NCBI GenBank assembly: GCA_041653055.1
Contig: JBAZGD010000001.1
Span: 13,512-77,511 of the forward strand
Direction: 5' to 3'
DNA: 64,000 bases
From: Candidatus Omnitrophota bacterium
Lineage (GTDB): Bacteria > Omnitrophota > Gorgyraeia > Gygaellales > Profunditerraquicolaceae
A program made the translations under genes and the position numbers. Below the pieces are notes generated by a model, which searched no databases, was not told the origin of the DNA, and saw nothing but the letters and a program-made list of their open reading frames with translations. Position 1 is the first letter of the stretch. Every line of letters begins with the position of its first letter. This document shows, piece by piece, positions 1 to 8,167 of this stretch.

Positions 1-1069
1 GCGCCAGGGATACTGAAGAGGTAATCCCCGCCAAAAACAAAAGGAAAAACCAGCAAAACCCCATAAATTCGGATAGGGGCAGTTTATTTAAAACTAAAGG
101 CATCGTAACAAAACCTAAATTGAAAATTCCTGAATTAGCGATTGACTGCATATCCACGGGGCCAAAGAAGACAAATGCCGCAGGGATAATAATGCTTGCC
201 CCCAGTATAACCTCCGCAAAACTATTAGTACTCGCAGCAGTAAGCCCCGAAAGCACAATATCATCCCCTTTGGACAAATAACTTGCATAGGTTAGAATTA
301 CCCCTATCCCTACGCTTAAAGTAAAAAATATCTGCCCTGCTGCCTCAAGCCAGATTTTAGCTGATTTTAAAGCAGAAAAATCTGCATTCCATAGAAAACC
401 AAAACCATTTAAAACATTCCAATCAGGCTTAAGGGTATCCGGCGCACCCAAGGTAAAGACCCTAAACATTAAAATCAAGGCAAAGATGAATAAAAGGGGC
501 ATTGCAAATTTACACAGCTTTTCAATCCCCCCTTTTATACCGTAATATATAACTACTATATTCAAAAGAAAGGTAACTAAGAAAAAAAGGTACGCTGTCT
601 GCAAGCCGTTAAAATACTGATTTTTCTCCAAACCCTGGAATCCTAAAAGAAAACCCTTCATCCCCGCTAAATCAGAGAACCCGGAATACTTGCCCGAGAT
701 GGCAAAGAAACTATAGGCCAGGGTCCAGGACTCAATATAAATATAGTAAATAAAGATAACCAGCGGCCCGAATATCCCTATAACTCCGAAATATTTTATA
801 AAGCGGTTTTTTCTCCATAGGCTATGGAATATACCCGGGGCAGTCCCATGCTCATAGCCGCCTCCGTAGCGCCCTAATGTCCATTCCACCCACATTAAGG
901 GTATCCCTAACAATAAGAACGAGACAAAATAGGGGATCATAAAAGCACCCCCCCCATTTGCGGCTGCCTTAGCCGGAAATCTCAGAAAATTACCTAACCC
1001 TATTGCCGAGCCTGCAACCGCCATAATAATTCCCAGGCGCGACCCCCAACTGTCTCGTTTTTTAATCAT
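1..1069 (-). CDS. Sodium-dependent transporter, NSS/SNF family (3' end cut by window edge)
   Basis: Not in the ORF track because it runs off the edge. My reverse-complement translation from ATG 1069-1067 reads MIKKRDSWGSRLGIIMAVAGSAIGLGNFLRFPAKAAANGGGAFMIPYF..., the hallmark N-terminus/TM1 of neurotransmitter:sodium symporters. Confidence 0.85.
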   Translation of the reverse strand, partial: MIKKRDSWGSRLGIIMAVAGSAIGLGNFLRFPAKAAANGGGAFMIPYFVSFLLLGIPLMWVEWTLGRYGGGYEHGTAPGIFHSLWRKNRFIKYFGVIGIFGPLVIFIYYIYIESWTLAYSFFAISGKYSGFSDLAGMKGFLLGFQGLEKNQYFNGLQTAYLFFLVTFLLNIVVIYYGIKGGIEKLCKFAMPLLFIFALILMFRVFTLGAPDTLKPDWNVLNGFGFLWNADFSALKSAKIWLEAAGQIFFTLSVGIGVILTYASYLSKGDDIVLSGLTAASTNSFAEVILGASIIIPAAFVFFGPVDMQSIANSGIFNLGFVTMPLVLNKLPLSEFMGFCWFFLLFLAGITSSVSLA

Positions 1070-1076
1070 AATAAAA

Positions 1077-1388
1077 CTAAAATTTCTTGCCGTGCCTTAT
1101 CGGACGGGTTTTATTATACGCCATCTTTTTCAAAAGTGCCTTGCCTAAATCTATTTTTCTTGCGCCGCAGTAATCAAAAATACGTATGCAGCAATCAGCT
1201 AATTCTTCGGCTACGGCACTTTGGCCTAAATGATTACGCATTGCCTCAAGTGCCTCGGATAATTCCGAATGCATAAGCGCGATAAGCTCTCCTTCGTTAC
1301 GCTGGTTATCCCACCAGCCTTTAAGTTTGGCGGTAGCATGGCATTTTTTAATAAGTTCATTGACGCAGCAGTTATTGTTTTTTTTCAT
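1077..1388 (-). CDS. MazG-like all-alpha NTP pyrophosphohydrolase (small single-domain form)
   Basis: 103 aa. ELIALMHSELSEALEAMR ... EELADCCIRIFDY ... NKTRP..HGKKF resembles the metal-binding helices of small MazG-family enzymes. Overlaps the upstream gene by 17 nt. Confidence 0.6.
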   Translation of the reverse strand: MKKNNNCCVNELIKKCHATAKLKGWWDNQRNEGELIALMHSELSEALEAMRNHLGQSAVAEELADCCIRIFDYCGARKIDLGKALLKKMAYNKTRPIRHGKKF

Positions 1389-1785
1389 CTAAGGTTCCTT
1401 TCAGGGCCTGAAAAATATTCTTGGCGATGACTTCCTTACCGTAAGTAGAAGGGCTGGATATCTCTACCCTCGTATTATCTATATCTAAGGCAGTTAAAAA
1501 TATTCCCACGGGAGTTGTATCCGTCTCAGAGACATAAACAGCGATAAGATTTAAAGATAAATCCTCCCTGTAGACATAAGAGCCCTCTTTTTCTAACGCT
1601 GCCTTTATTTTACCGCGGGCTGTATCGAAATCCAGATTAAAATCCCTGGCCATAGCCTCTTTACGCTTATCCTCTAAGACCTTGGTAGATTTACCCAAGA
1701 ATCCCCTGACTGCCTCTTTAGGCCCACAGCAGCCGCTGAGAAAACAAAAAATCAAGAAAAATAAAAATAATTTTGCCGTTTTCAT
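1372..1785 (-). CDS. Lipoprotein of unknown function
   Basis: Signal peptide with lipobox MKTAKLFLFFLIFCFLSGC. GGAGGGGG Shine-Dalgarno just upstream. No domain I recognise. Confidence 0.6.
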   Translation of the reverse strand: MKTAKLFLFFLIFCFLSGCCGPKEAVRGFLGKSTKVLEDKRKEAMARDFNLDFDTARGKIKAALEKEGSYVYREDLSLNLIAVYVSETDTTPVGIFLTALDIDNTRVEISSPSTYGKEVIAKNIFQALKGTLDEKKQ

Positions 1786-1794
1786 CGCCCCCTC

Positions 1795-3813
1795 CTAATC
1801 ATTAATAACCTGCCAGATTTTATCCAAATTCTTACGCGCCTCTTCTTCCCCCCGCTTCGCGAATTCTCTTGCCTTATGCAGCTCTAACCAGTATAACCCT
1901 GAAGTATCAGGATGTAAAACTACATCTGCTAATTGTGCTTCTTTCTTAGCTACCTCTGACTGCAGTATCTCGACGCTGCTAAAGACAATATCCAGTATAT
2001 TTGTTCCGAAGGAATTTTTAAAATAATTTCCCAGGTTAAACCAATTCTTTTTCTTAAGCCCGCTTACCAGATTAACCTTCATATCTTCTTTTATCCTGTC
2101 ATACTGGCGTAATATATCTTCCCGCGAAGGGGTGACGTTAACCGCAATGATCTTCTTCACGCCCATCTTAAAGAGAGGCTCAGTGGGCAAAGGGTTAATT
2201 ACCCCCCCGTCAAAAAGTAAGTCTTCTTTAAACCTGAAAGGCTTAAATACCCCTGGCATAGCACAGCTGGCCATAACCGCATCAACTAAAAGACCTTTAT
2301 CTAAAACACGCGGCTCTTTCCTTTTTACATCACTAGCAATAATCTTTAAGGGCAGGCGCACATCGTAAAAAGTCTTATCCCCAAGGTATTTCTTCAAAAA
2401 TCTGTACAATTTATTTCCTTTAATAAAGCCTAATTGGGGGATAGTTAAGTCTACAAGCCCCCAGATATGCTTAGGCTCCTTAAACTCACCGGTAATCTCT
2501 AGTATTTCCGAGCTGGATTTACCCGTTGCCCAAAGGCTGGCAATCAAAGAGCCTATACTTGAACCTGCGATAATATCAATAGGAATATTTTCTTGCTCTA
2601 TAACCTTTAGTACTCCGATATGGCAAAAGCCATAACCCACGCCTACGCCTAAAACCAGCCCAACCATCGATTCCCCTATATAACGGGCAATCCTGCGCAC
2701 TGCCTTTGAATATTCGCAATCAGGGCTGTCTAATATTAGCCTGTCTAAGTCGCCGAATATTATCCTGGGGAGTGTCGCGAATATATTCCGCCCTAAAATC
2801 TGGCTTTGCTCCATAGGCGTAATCTTAGATAACTTATACTCGTTAATTATAATATTTATTTTATTCTCCTGAAAATCAAACTCATCCATTAACCTTTGGG
2901 TAAGATTATGCGTTTTTCTTAAATCTAAATCGTCAGGCCCGCTTAAAAGATGGATTATATCAGACTGATTCAGTATACTGAAGATATTACGGTCCATCAA
3001 AGAAGGCAGGTCAAGAACAAGATAGTGGTAATCATTAACCAAACCGCTTAAGATTCCTACCAGCCGTCTTACACAGGCCTCATCCTCGGGATTATAATAA
3101 AAACATAAAAGATCGATATCAAATTTACTTTTAAGGATATAGTCCTTAGGCAACCTTTGGCCATCCGTAAAATCATTAGATAGATCAAATATCCTTTGTT
3201 CTTGAATGCCTAACCTATAAGGAAGACTGTGTTTCTTATCGACGGGAAGAATATCCAATATGATGACAGACTTGCGGGTCTCCCTTTTTAGGCTCAAGGC
3301 TAGATTAAGCGCGTAAATAGTCTTGCCCGCCTGTGAATAAGAACTAAAAACTGATACAACCGTACTCTCAAAGATTGTTTTCTGATGGATATCCTTGCGT
3401 TTTAGCCTGCGCGAAAGCATGCGGCTTAAATCAATAGCTAAGCGCGGTATTTTAGCCAGAATACAGTCAAAGTCTTCTTTATCGATAATCAAGAGGGAAG
3501 AATCGTTAGTAGCCTTAGCAGTGACAGAATGCGATTCATTGGTAAGCAAGGATATGACCCCGAAATATTTACCGTGGTGCAAATGCTCAAGTATATTCTC
3601 TTTGCCATCCTCACCCAGGGCATAAATAACCACCCTGCCCAGAATAAGGCAGTAGAAAGCGCTGGGGGGAGAGCCTTCGGCATAAATAATATCCCCTTTT
3701 TTATAGGAAACCAGCCTGGCACACTTTTTAATCACCCTGCGCTCTGATTTAGAGAAGCCGGCAAATAAAGGAAAATCGCGTATTATTACGTCTAAATCAT
3801 CAAGTTCCATCAT
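1795..3813 (-). CDS. cNMP-binding domain / degenerate ParA-MinD-like domain / patatin-like phospholipase fusion protein
   Basis: 672 aa. The N-terminus looks like a cyclic-nucleotide-binding barrel (FPLFAGFSKSERRVI..GDIIYAEGSPPSAFYCLILGRV). The middle is ParA/MinD-like (VVSVFSSYSQAGKTIYALNLALSLKRETRKSVIILDI; YLVLDLPS). The C-terminal half is patatin (GVGVGYGFCHIGVLKV, GSSIG nucleophile elbow, DGGVINPLP). Confidence 0.75.
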   Translation of the reverse strand: MMELDDLDVIIRDFPLFAGFSKSERRVIKKCARLVSYKKGDIIYAEGSPPSAFYCLILGRVVIYALGEDGKENILEHLHHGKYFGVISLLTNESHSVTAKATNDSSLLIIDKEDFDCILAKIPRLAIDLSRMLSRRLKRKDIHQKTIFESTVVSVFSSYSQAGKTIYALNLALSLKRETRKSVIILDILPVDKKHSLPYRLGIQEQRIFDLSNDFTDGQRLPKDYILKSKFDIDLLCFYYNPEDEACVRRLVGILSGLVNDYHYLVLDLPSLMDRNIFSILNQSDIIHLLSGPDDLDLRKTHNLTQRLMDEFDFQENKINIIINEYKLSKITPMEQSQILGRNIFATLPRIIFGDLDRLILDSPDCEYSKAVRRIARYIGESMVGLVLGVGVGYGFCHIGVLKVIEQENIPIDIIAGSSIGSLIASLWATGKSSSEILEITGEFKEPKHIWGLVDLTIPQLGFIKGNKLYRFLKKYLGDKTFYDVRLPLKIIASDVKRKEPRVLDKGLLVDAVMASCAMPGVFKPFRFKEDLLFDGGVINPLPTEPLFKMGVKKIIAVNVTPSREDILRQYDRIKEDMKVNLVSGLKKKNWFNLGNYFKNSFGTNILDIVFSSVEILQSEVAKKEAQLADVVLHPDTSGLYWLELHKAREFAKRGEEEARKNLDKIWQVIND

Positions 3814-5031
3814 CTAAACTTTCCCTTGAAGGCATACCTGGGCGAACCTTCTGGCGCTATCCCTGACTCTACGCTGGTAGGTATTATAATCTACTTCGAT
3901 TAAACCGAACCTAGGGGCAAAACCCTTATCCCATTCATAATTATCGATTAAAGACCAATAAATATAACCCAAAACCTTAACCCCTGAATCCATTGCCTGG
4001 CCTAATTTGCTTAAATGGTCGCGGATAAAAGACCAACGCAAGGAATCATCTTCGGTACAGATACCGTTCTCCAGGATAAAAATCGGAAGATTGTATTTCT
4101 TTAATGCAACTAATATATTATAAAACCCTTCGGGATAAATATCCCAACCTAAAGAATTTTTTTTAAGACTGCTGTGTTTTCCTGCGCAGATATCCATAGC
4201 AAAGTTCTTAATACCCCACCCCTTTAACTCCACAAGGCTGCGGCTATAATAATTTACCCCGATAAAGTCCAGGGCGCGGGCACGTATTGATTTTTCTATA
4301 AATTCCAGATTAAAAAACTTAGCCCTTAGGTAAACAGCTATATTATTCCTTAAGGTGGGTACGCAAGGCACAAAGGCCTGCATATTCTGGGCAATGCTAA
4401 CCAAGGGCCTACCCAGATTCTTTTTCTGATATATAGCCCTGATAAGCCGATAAGAATTAATATGCGCCCGAAGTAAATTATTTTTCACCGCTTGGGTTTT
4501 AGATAATGACTTCTCCTGGGGAGGCCATACCCCCAAGAGATAGGAATGATAGAGATAAACCATGGGCTCGTTTATCGTAACCCAGAATTGAACTTCTTCC
4601 GATAATTCCCCTACAACCTTAGATACATAGCGCAAAAAGTAATCCGAAGACTCCCTTAGGCTCCAACCGCCGAACCTGACAAACCAGCCAGGATTGGTAA
4701 AATGGTGCAGCGTAACTATTGGGGTTAATCCGCGCCGGCGTAAAGCCAGGATTACCTTTTTATAATGCCCCAGCTCCTCTGAAGAAAACCTGCCCTCCTC
4801 AGGCTCGATCCGGCTCCATTCAATTGAAAGCCGGTGGCAATTATGGTTCAGCTCTTTAGCTAAATCAAAATCCTGCTCGTATAAATCATAATGCCTGCAG
4901 GCATCACCTGAGCGGTATTTTAACTTACCGGCTAATTCATACTCCCACCAATCGCTCAACGAATTATTGCCTTCTACCTGATGGGCGGAGGTCGCCGCCC
5001 CGAAGAGGAAATCACGCGGGAAATCATGCAT
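3814..5031 (-). CDS. Glycoside hydrolase family 1 beta-glucosidase
   Basis: FLFGAATSAHQVEGNN N-terminal GH1 signature, TINEP acid/base motif and ILENG nucleophile motif. The track ORF starts at TTG 5052. I prefer ATG 5031 (MHDFPRDF...) because an extended -10 box sits at 5039-5047. Confidence 0.9.
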   Translation of the reverse strand: MHDFPRDFLFGAATSAHQVEGNNSLSDWWEYELAGKLKYRSGDACRHYDLYEQDFDLAKELNHNCHRLSIEWSRIEPEEGRFSSEELGHYKKVILALRRRGLTPIVTLHHFTNPGWFVRFGGWSLRESSDYFLRYVSKVVGELSEEVQFWVTINEPMVYLYHSYLLGVWPPQEKSLSKTQAVKNNLLRAHINSYRLIRAIYQKKNLGRPLVSIAQNMQAFVPCVPTLRNNIAVYLRAKFFNLEFIEKSIRARALDFIGVNYYSRSLVELKGWGIKNFAMDICAGKHSSLKKNSLGWDIYPEGFYNILVALKKYNLPIFILENGICTEDDSLRWSFIRDHLSKLGQAMDSGVKVLGYIYWSLIDNYEWDKGFAPRFGLIEVDYNTYQRRVRDSARRFAQVCLQGKV

Positions 5032-5038
5032 GGATATC

Positions 5039-5047
5039 ATTATAACA
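5039..5047 (-). promoter_or_regulatory. Extended -10 promoter (TGtTATAAT) of the GH1 operon, 7 nt from ATG 5031
   Basis: The minus strand reads TGTTATAAT gatatcc ATG. There is no Shine-Dalgarno. Confidence 0.45.
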
Positions 5048-5121
5048 CCCAAAAATATAAAATCCCAACAAAATGTCGGGACTTTATAATACTGCTATTG
5101 AAAATTTTGCAGAGGGACCTC

Positions 5122-5589
5122 TTAAAGCGGCTTAGCGCTATCCTGCGCAACAGGAGAAAGATATCTGCTTAATACAGCCCAGGTTTTAGGGCCTACCTTG
5201 CCATCCACCACCAAATCATTGCTCTTTTGAAACTCAGTGATAGCCTTTTTAGAATTCGGCCCGATCTTGCCGTCTATCGCCCCGGTATAAAAACCTGCAT
5301 TTTTAAGGGCAGTCTGAATATCGTTTGGCGTCGGTTTATAAGGTCCTGAGGGAGGAAGCGGATCAAGCTTAGAAACGGATGAAGATACCGGGCCCAAAAC
5401 AGAAGCTACGCTTGTTTTTGCTTCAGGCGCCTTTACCTGTTCCGAAGCAGTAGAAGTCGTACTCATAGTAACAAGCGTTTCCATGGACATGGGCTGCTGC
5501 ATCTCTTCCAGCGGCTGCTGCTTCTTGCCGCAACCGTAAAATAAACCCGCTAAAACAAATAGTGTTATAATAACTGCGCCTTTTTTCAT
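5122..5589 (-). CDS. Lipoprotein with C-terminal peptidoglycan-binding (PG_binding_1) domain
   Basis: IQTALKNAGFYTGAIDGKIGPNSKKAITEFQKSNDLVVDGKVGPKTW repeat pattern. True start is probably ATG 5589 (MKKGAVIITLFVLAGLFYGC lipobox), preceded by GGAGG, rather than the track start at 5652. Confidence 0.8.
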   Translation of the reverse strand: MKKGAVIITLFVLAGLFYGCGKKQQPLEEMQQPMSMETLVTMSTTSTASEQVKAPEAKTSVASVLGPVSSSVSKLDPLPPSGPYKPTPNDIQTALKNAGFYTGAIDGKIGPNSKKAITEFQKSNDLVVDGKVGPKTWAVLSRYLSPVAQDSAKPL

Positions 5590-5617
5590 TTTTCCTACCT
5601 CCTTAATTGTTATATTA

Positions 5618-5645
5618 ATTTTAACAAATTCGCTGAGAAAGTCAA
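5618..5645 (-). promoter_or_regulatory. Promoter of the PG-binding lipoprotein gene (TTGACT -16- TAAAAT)
   Basis: -35 at 5640-5645 and -10 at 5618-5623 on the minus strand. It lies 15 nt from the IS boundary. Confidence 0.45.
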
Positions 5646-5652
5646 TAGCCAT

Positions 5653-5660
5653 TAAAATTA
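5653..5660. repeat. Target-site duplication TAAAATTA (left copy)
   Basis: An identical 8-mer is found at 6960-6967, directly flanking the IS inverted repeats. Confidence 0.6.
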
Positions 5661-6959
5661 CACAATGTCAAGAACTATGCGGACTTTCGAATTCAGTAAC
5701 CTTGTTATTCGCCTTTTCTCGTTCTGTCAATAATGCATACAACCAGCGCTTACAACTGTTAGGATTAGGGAATCTTCTAAATGCGTTAATCCTGCGCTTT
5801 AATTCTCCAAAGAAGCTTTCCAGCCTATTAGTTGTCTTAGCCGCAGGCCAAAACTCTTTAGGTAATTCAAAGTAGCGTATTGTATCTACCAACTTGCTAA
5901 ACAAATATTTAAACGCCGGATGATGCTGGTACTTAAGCCAGCGTTTCTTGAACTTCTGGGCCCAGAGGTAGAATTCTTCTTCGCTTTGAGCCTCGTAGAG
6001 CCAGCTGGCATAATTAAGGATCCTGCGCTTATCAGGGCAGCCTTTAAGCCTCTTGGTAAAATTCTGCATTACATGGAATATGCAAGCCTGATCCAATGCC
6101 TTAGGCCATACAAATGCTGTTGCCTGGCCTATCGCCTCCAAGTCATCTTTGACAATAAGTTTTACGTTCCGCAGTCCGCGCTGCTCCAACCTCTGACAAA
6201 AACTATTCCAGGCATTTCCTGATTCGCCTCTGGTTAATTCAAAATCTAATACTTCTTCACTACCGTCCGGATATATGGCATAAGCAAAGAGTACCGGCTT
6301 TGCGCCTTTAAGATACGGGATTACTCCCTTAAGCCAAACGGCATCAAGTACTAAAATAACCGCGTTATCCCTTAAGGGCCTGGCCTTCCAGCTTTGAAGC
6401 TTAAAATCAAATTTCCTTAAAGTACTTACGGCTGTCTGATGGCTTAGGGTGCTCTGGCCGAATAGTTTTGCAAAGAACTGGCTTGCTTTACGTGATGAAT
6501 GCCCCTTGAGCAGCGCTTCTATTACGATAGCCTCAAAATCTTCTGTTTTACGTTTAAAACGCCTGAATAAAGAATATTGATATTGTTTTTTCTGCCCGCG
6601 GGGAACCTGTAATTTAATTACTCCCCGGCTGGTAATTATTCTTCTCTGATAATGTCCGGCACGAAAATCCCGCCGCTCATCCCCTGTCCGCTCATACCTA
6701 TTAGCGCCACACTGCGTGCTATATTCTTCTTCAAGCCATAAGTTACAAAACTGGCCTAAAAATTTATCCAGGACAAATTCAACCTTCTCCTGAGAAAATT
6801 CTTTAACTCTGGCGAATCTTTTGGTATAGTTGCCTTCGAAGCAGAGCGTTTCCATCAGTAACCTCCTTTTTGTTGTTTTGGTCGAACAACATTAGGTTAC
6901 TGAAGCTCTGCTTTTTTGTCAAAGAGAGTTTAAAAGTCCGCAGAATTTATTATAGTGTC
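5661..6959 (-). mobile_element. IS256-family insertion sequence, apparently intact (~1.3 kb)
   Basis: A single transposase ORF is bounded by imperfect terminal inverted repeats: CACAATGTCAAGAACTATGCGGACTTT (5661-5687) against the reverse complement of 6933-6959, GACACTATAATAAATTCTGCGGACTTT. They match at 19 of 27 positions, including a perfect 10-mer TGCGGACTTT. The element is flanked by the 8-bp direct repeat TAAAATTA. Confidence 0.8.
5668..6855 (-). CDS. IS256-family (Mutator-type) transposase
   Basis: 395 aa. YERTGDERRDFRAGHYQRRIITSRGVIKLQVPRGQ..., VLDAVWLKG, LIVKDDLEAIGQA, QACIFHVMQN follow the IS256/MULE transposase pattern. GGAGG lies upstream of the ATG. Confidence 0.85.
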   Translation of the reverse strand: METLCFEGNYTKRFARVKEFSQEKVEFVLDKFLGQFCNLWLEEEYSTQCGANRYERTGDERRDFRAGHYQRRIITSRGVIKLQVPRGQKKQYQYSLFRRFKRKTEDFEAIVIEALLKGHSSRKASQFFAKLFGQSTLSHQTAVSTLRKFDFKLQSWKARPLRDNAVILVLDAVWLKGVIPYLKGAKPVLFAYAIYPDGSEEVLDFELTRGESGNAWNSFCQRLEQRGLRNVKLIVKDDLEAIGQATAFVWPKALDQACIFHVMQNFTKRLKGCPDKRRILNYASWLYEAQSEEEFYLWAQKFKKRWLKYQHHPAFKYLFSKLVDTIRYFELPKEFWPAAKTTNRLESFFGELKRRINAFRRFPNPNSCKRWLYALLTEREKANNKVTEFESPHSS

Positions 6960-6967
6960 TAAAATTA
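6960..6967. repeat. Target-site duplication TAAAATTA (right copy)
   Basis: Identical to 5653-5660. It overlaps the stop codon (6965-6967) of the MFS gene. Confidence 0.6.
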
Positions 6968-8164
6968 ATTTATATCTTTTATATCAGGATATATAATATT
7001 TATTGCCGTAAAAAATACCGCACAGGTTACCCCTCCAAAAAGAAGCGCGAAAGAAACCCCCGCAGCTTGAGCAAGGCTTCCGGCGATTAAATTGCCAAAG
7101 GGCATCATCCCGGCAAAGATAAGCATAAATACACTCATTACCCTACCCCTAAACCTATCCTCAACCTTAACCTGTAAAAGGGTATTTACTAAGGCCACGG
7201 CAGTGACACTTGATAATCCTATTAATATTAAAGCAAAGATAGATAATAAATACGTCTTGGATAACGAAAATATTATTAATGAAACAGAAAAAACCATCGC
7301 AGAAGATAATAAGAGCCTGCCCTTATATTTAAAATCCCCCAGGCGGGCTAAGATTAAGGACCCGATTAAAGCCCCGAGCCCCGCCGAAGACATCAAAACC
7401 CCCAGCCCCTTTATCCCCACATTTAAAACATCATTGGCGAATATAGGCATAAGGATTACATGCGCAACCCCGAATAAACTTACCACAGCTACCATACTGA
7501 TTAAAGCCAATATCAACCGGTTATTCTTTATGAATATAAAGCCGTCTTTCAAATCTTCAAAGGTATTGCCGTTACTGAATTTATTCTGGGTTTTAACTAT
7601 TCTGACCGAAAATAAGGCAATGATAACCGCCAAGAAACTTATCCCGTTAATATAAAAACACCCGCTCATGCCGATTGTAGCTACCAATATTCCGGCTAAT
7701 GCCGGGCCGATAATCCGTGAGGAGTTAAAGGCCACGGAATTTAAAGCTATAGCGTTAAAGAGGTGTTTTTTACCCACAAGTTCCACTACTATAGACTGGC
7801 GCGCAGGAGCATCAAAGGCCATAACCACACCGTTCAATATAGCAACCGTCATTATTTGAAATGGCGTAATAATTTTAAGCTGGGTAAGAACAGCCAGAAT
7901 AAAAGCCAAAACCATAAAGGCAATTTGGGTAGCGATGAGAATGCTTCTTTTATTCAAACGGTCAGCTAAGACTCCGCCGAAAAGGCATAAGATAAGAACC
8001 GGGATGGAATTTAAAAAACCTACTACACCCAAGAGAAAGGCCGAACTAGTTAACTCAAACACAAGCCAGCTCTGAGCTACCTGCTGTATCCAGGTCCCTA
8101 TTAAAGATACCAGCATCCCCAGCCAGTAGACCCGGAAATTTCTTATGCTTAATGACGAAAACAT
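6965..8164 (-). CDS. MFS transporter
   Basis: 399 aa with about 12 predicted TM helices. The N-terminus FRVYWLGMLVSLIGTWIQQVAQSWLV is typical of the MFS_3/EntS-like subgroup. Confidence 0.8.
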   Translation of the reverse strand: MFSSLSIRNFRVYWLGMLVSLIGTWIQQVAQSWLVFELTSSAFLLGVVGFLNSIPVLILCLFGGVLADRLNKRSILIATQIAFMVLAFILAVLTQLKIITPFQIMTVAILNGVVMAFDAPARQSIVVELVGKKHLFNAIALNSVAFNSSRIIGPALAGILVATIGMSGCFYINGISFLAVIIALFSVRIVKTQNKFSNGNTFEDLKDGFIFIKNNRLILALISMVAVVSLFGVAHVILMPIFANDVLNVGIKGLGVLMSSAGLGALIGSLILARLGDFKYKGRLLLSSAMVFSVSLIIFSLSKTYLLSIFALILIGLSSVTAVALVNTLLQVKVEDRFRGRVMSVFMLIFAGMMPFGNLIAGSLAQAAGVSFALLFGGVTCAVFFTAINIIYPDIKDIN

Positions 8165-8167
8165 CTA

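Noticed and set aside
1077-1388. MazG-like gene as a marker of a prophage remnant
   Set aside because: There are no integrase, capsid, terminase or other phage-like genes nearby, no att-like repeats, and the gene is translationally coupled within a chromosomal operon.
5590-5652. N-terminal 21-aa extension (MAIDFLSEFVKINITIKEVGK) of the PG-binding protein
   Set aside because: GGAGG lies directly upstream of the internal ATG 5589, which opens a proper lipoprotein signal peptide. The extension would also cover the predicted promoter.
7092-7655. Long plus-strand ORFs antisense to minus-strand genes. Examples: 7092-7655, 37428-37868, 47812-48189, 60281-60703, 60848-61264, 2132-2368 and 21085-21354.
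   Set aside because: Each is fully embedded opposite a gene with clear family motifs (MFS, ArsB-like, prfB, leuS, patatin, thiE). They show low-complexity S/P/K/I-rich composition and lack start-site signals. These are shadow ORFs typical of AT-rich DNA.
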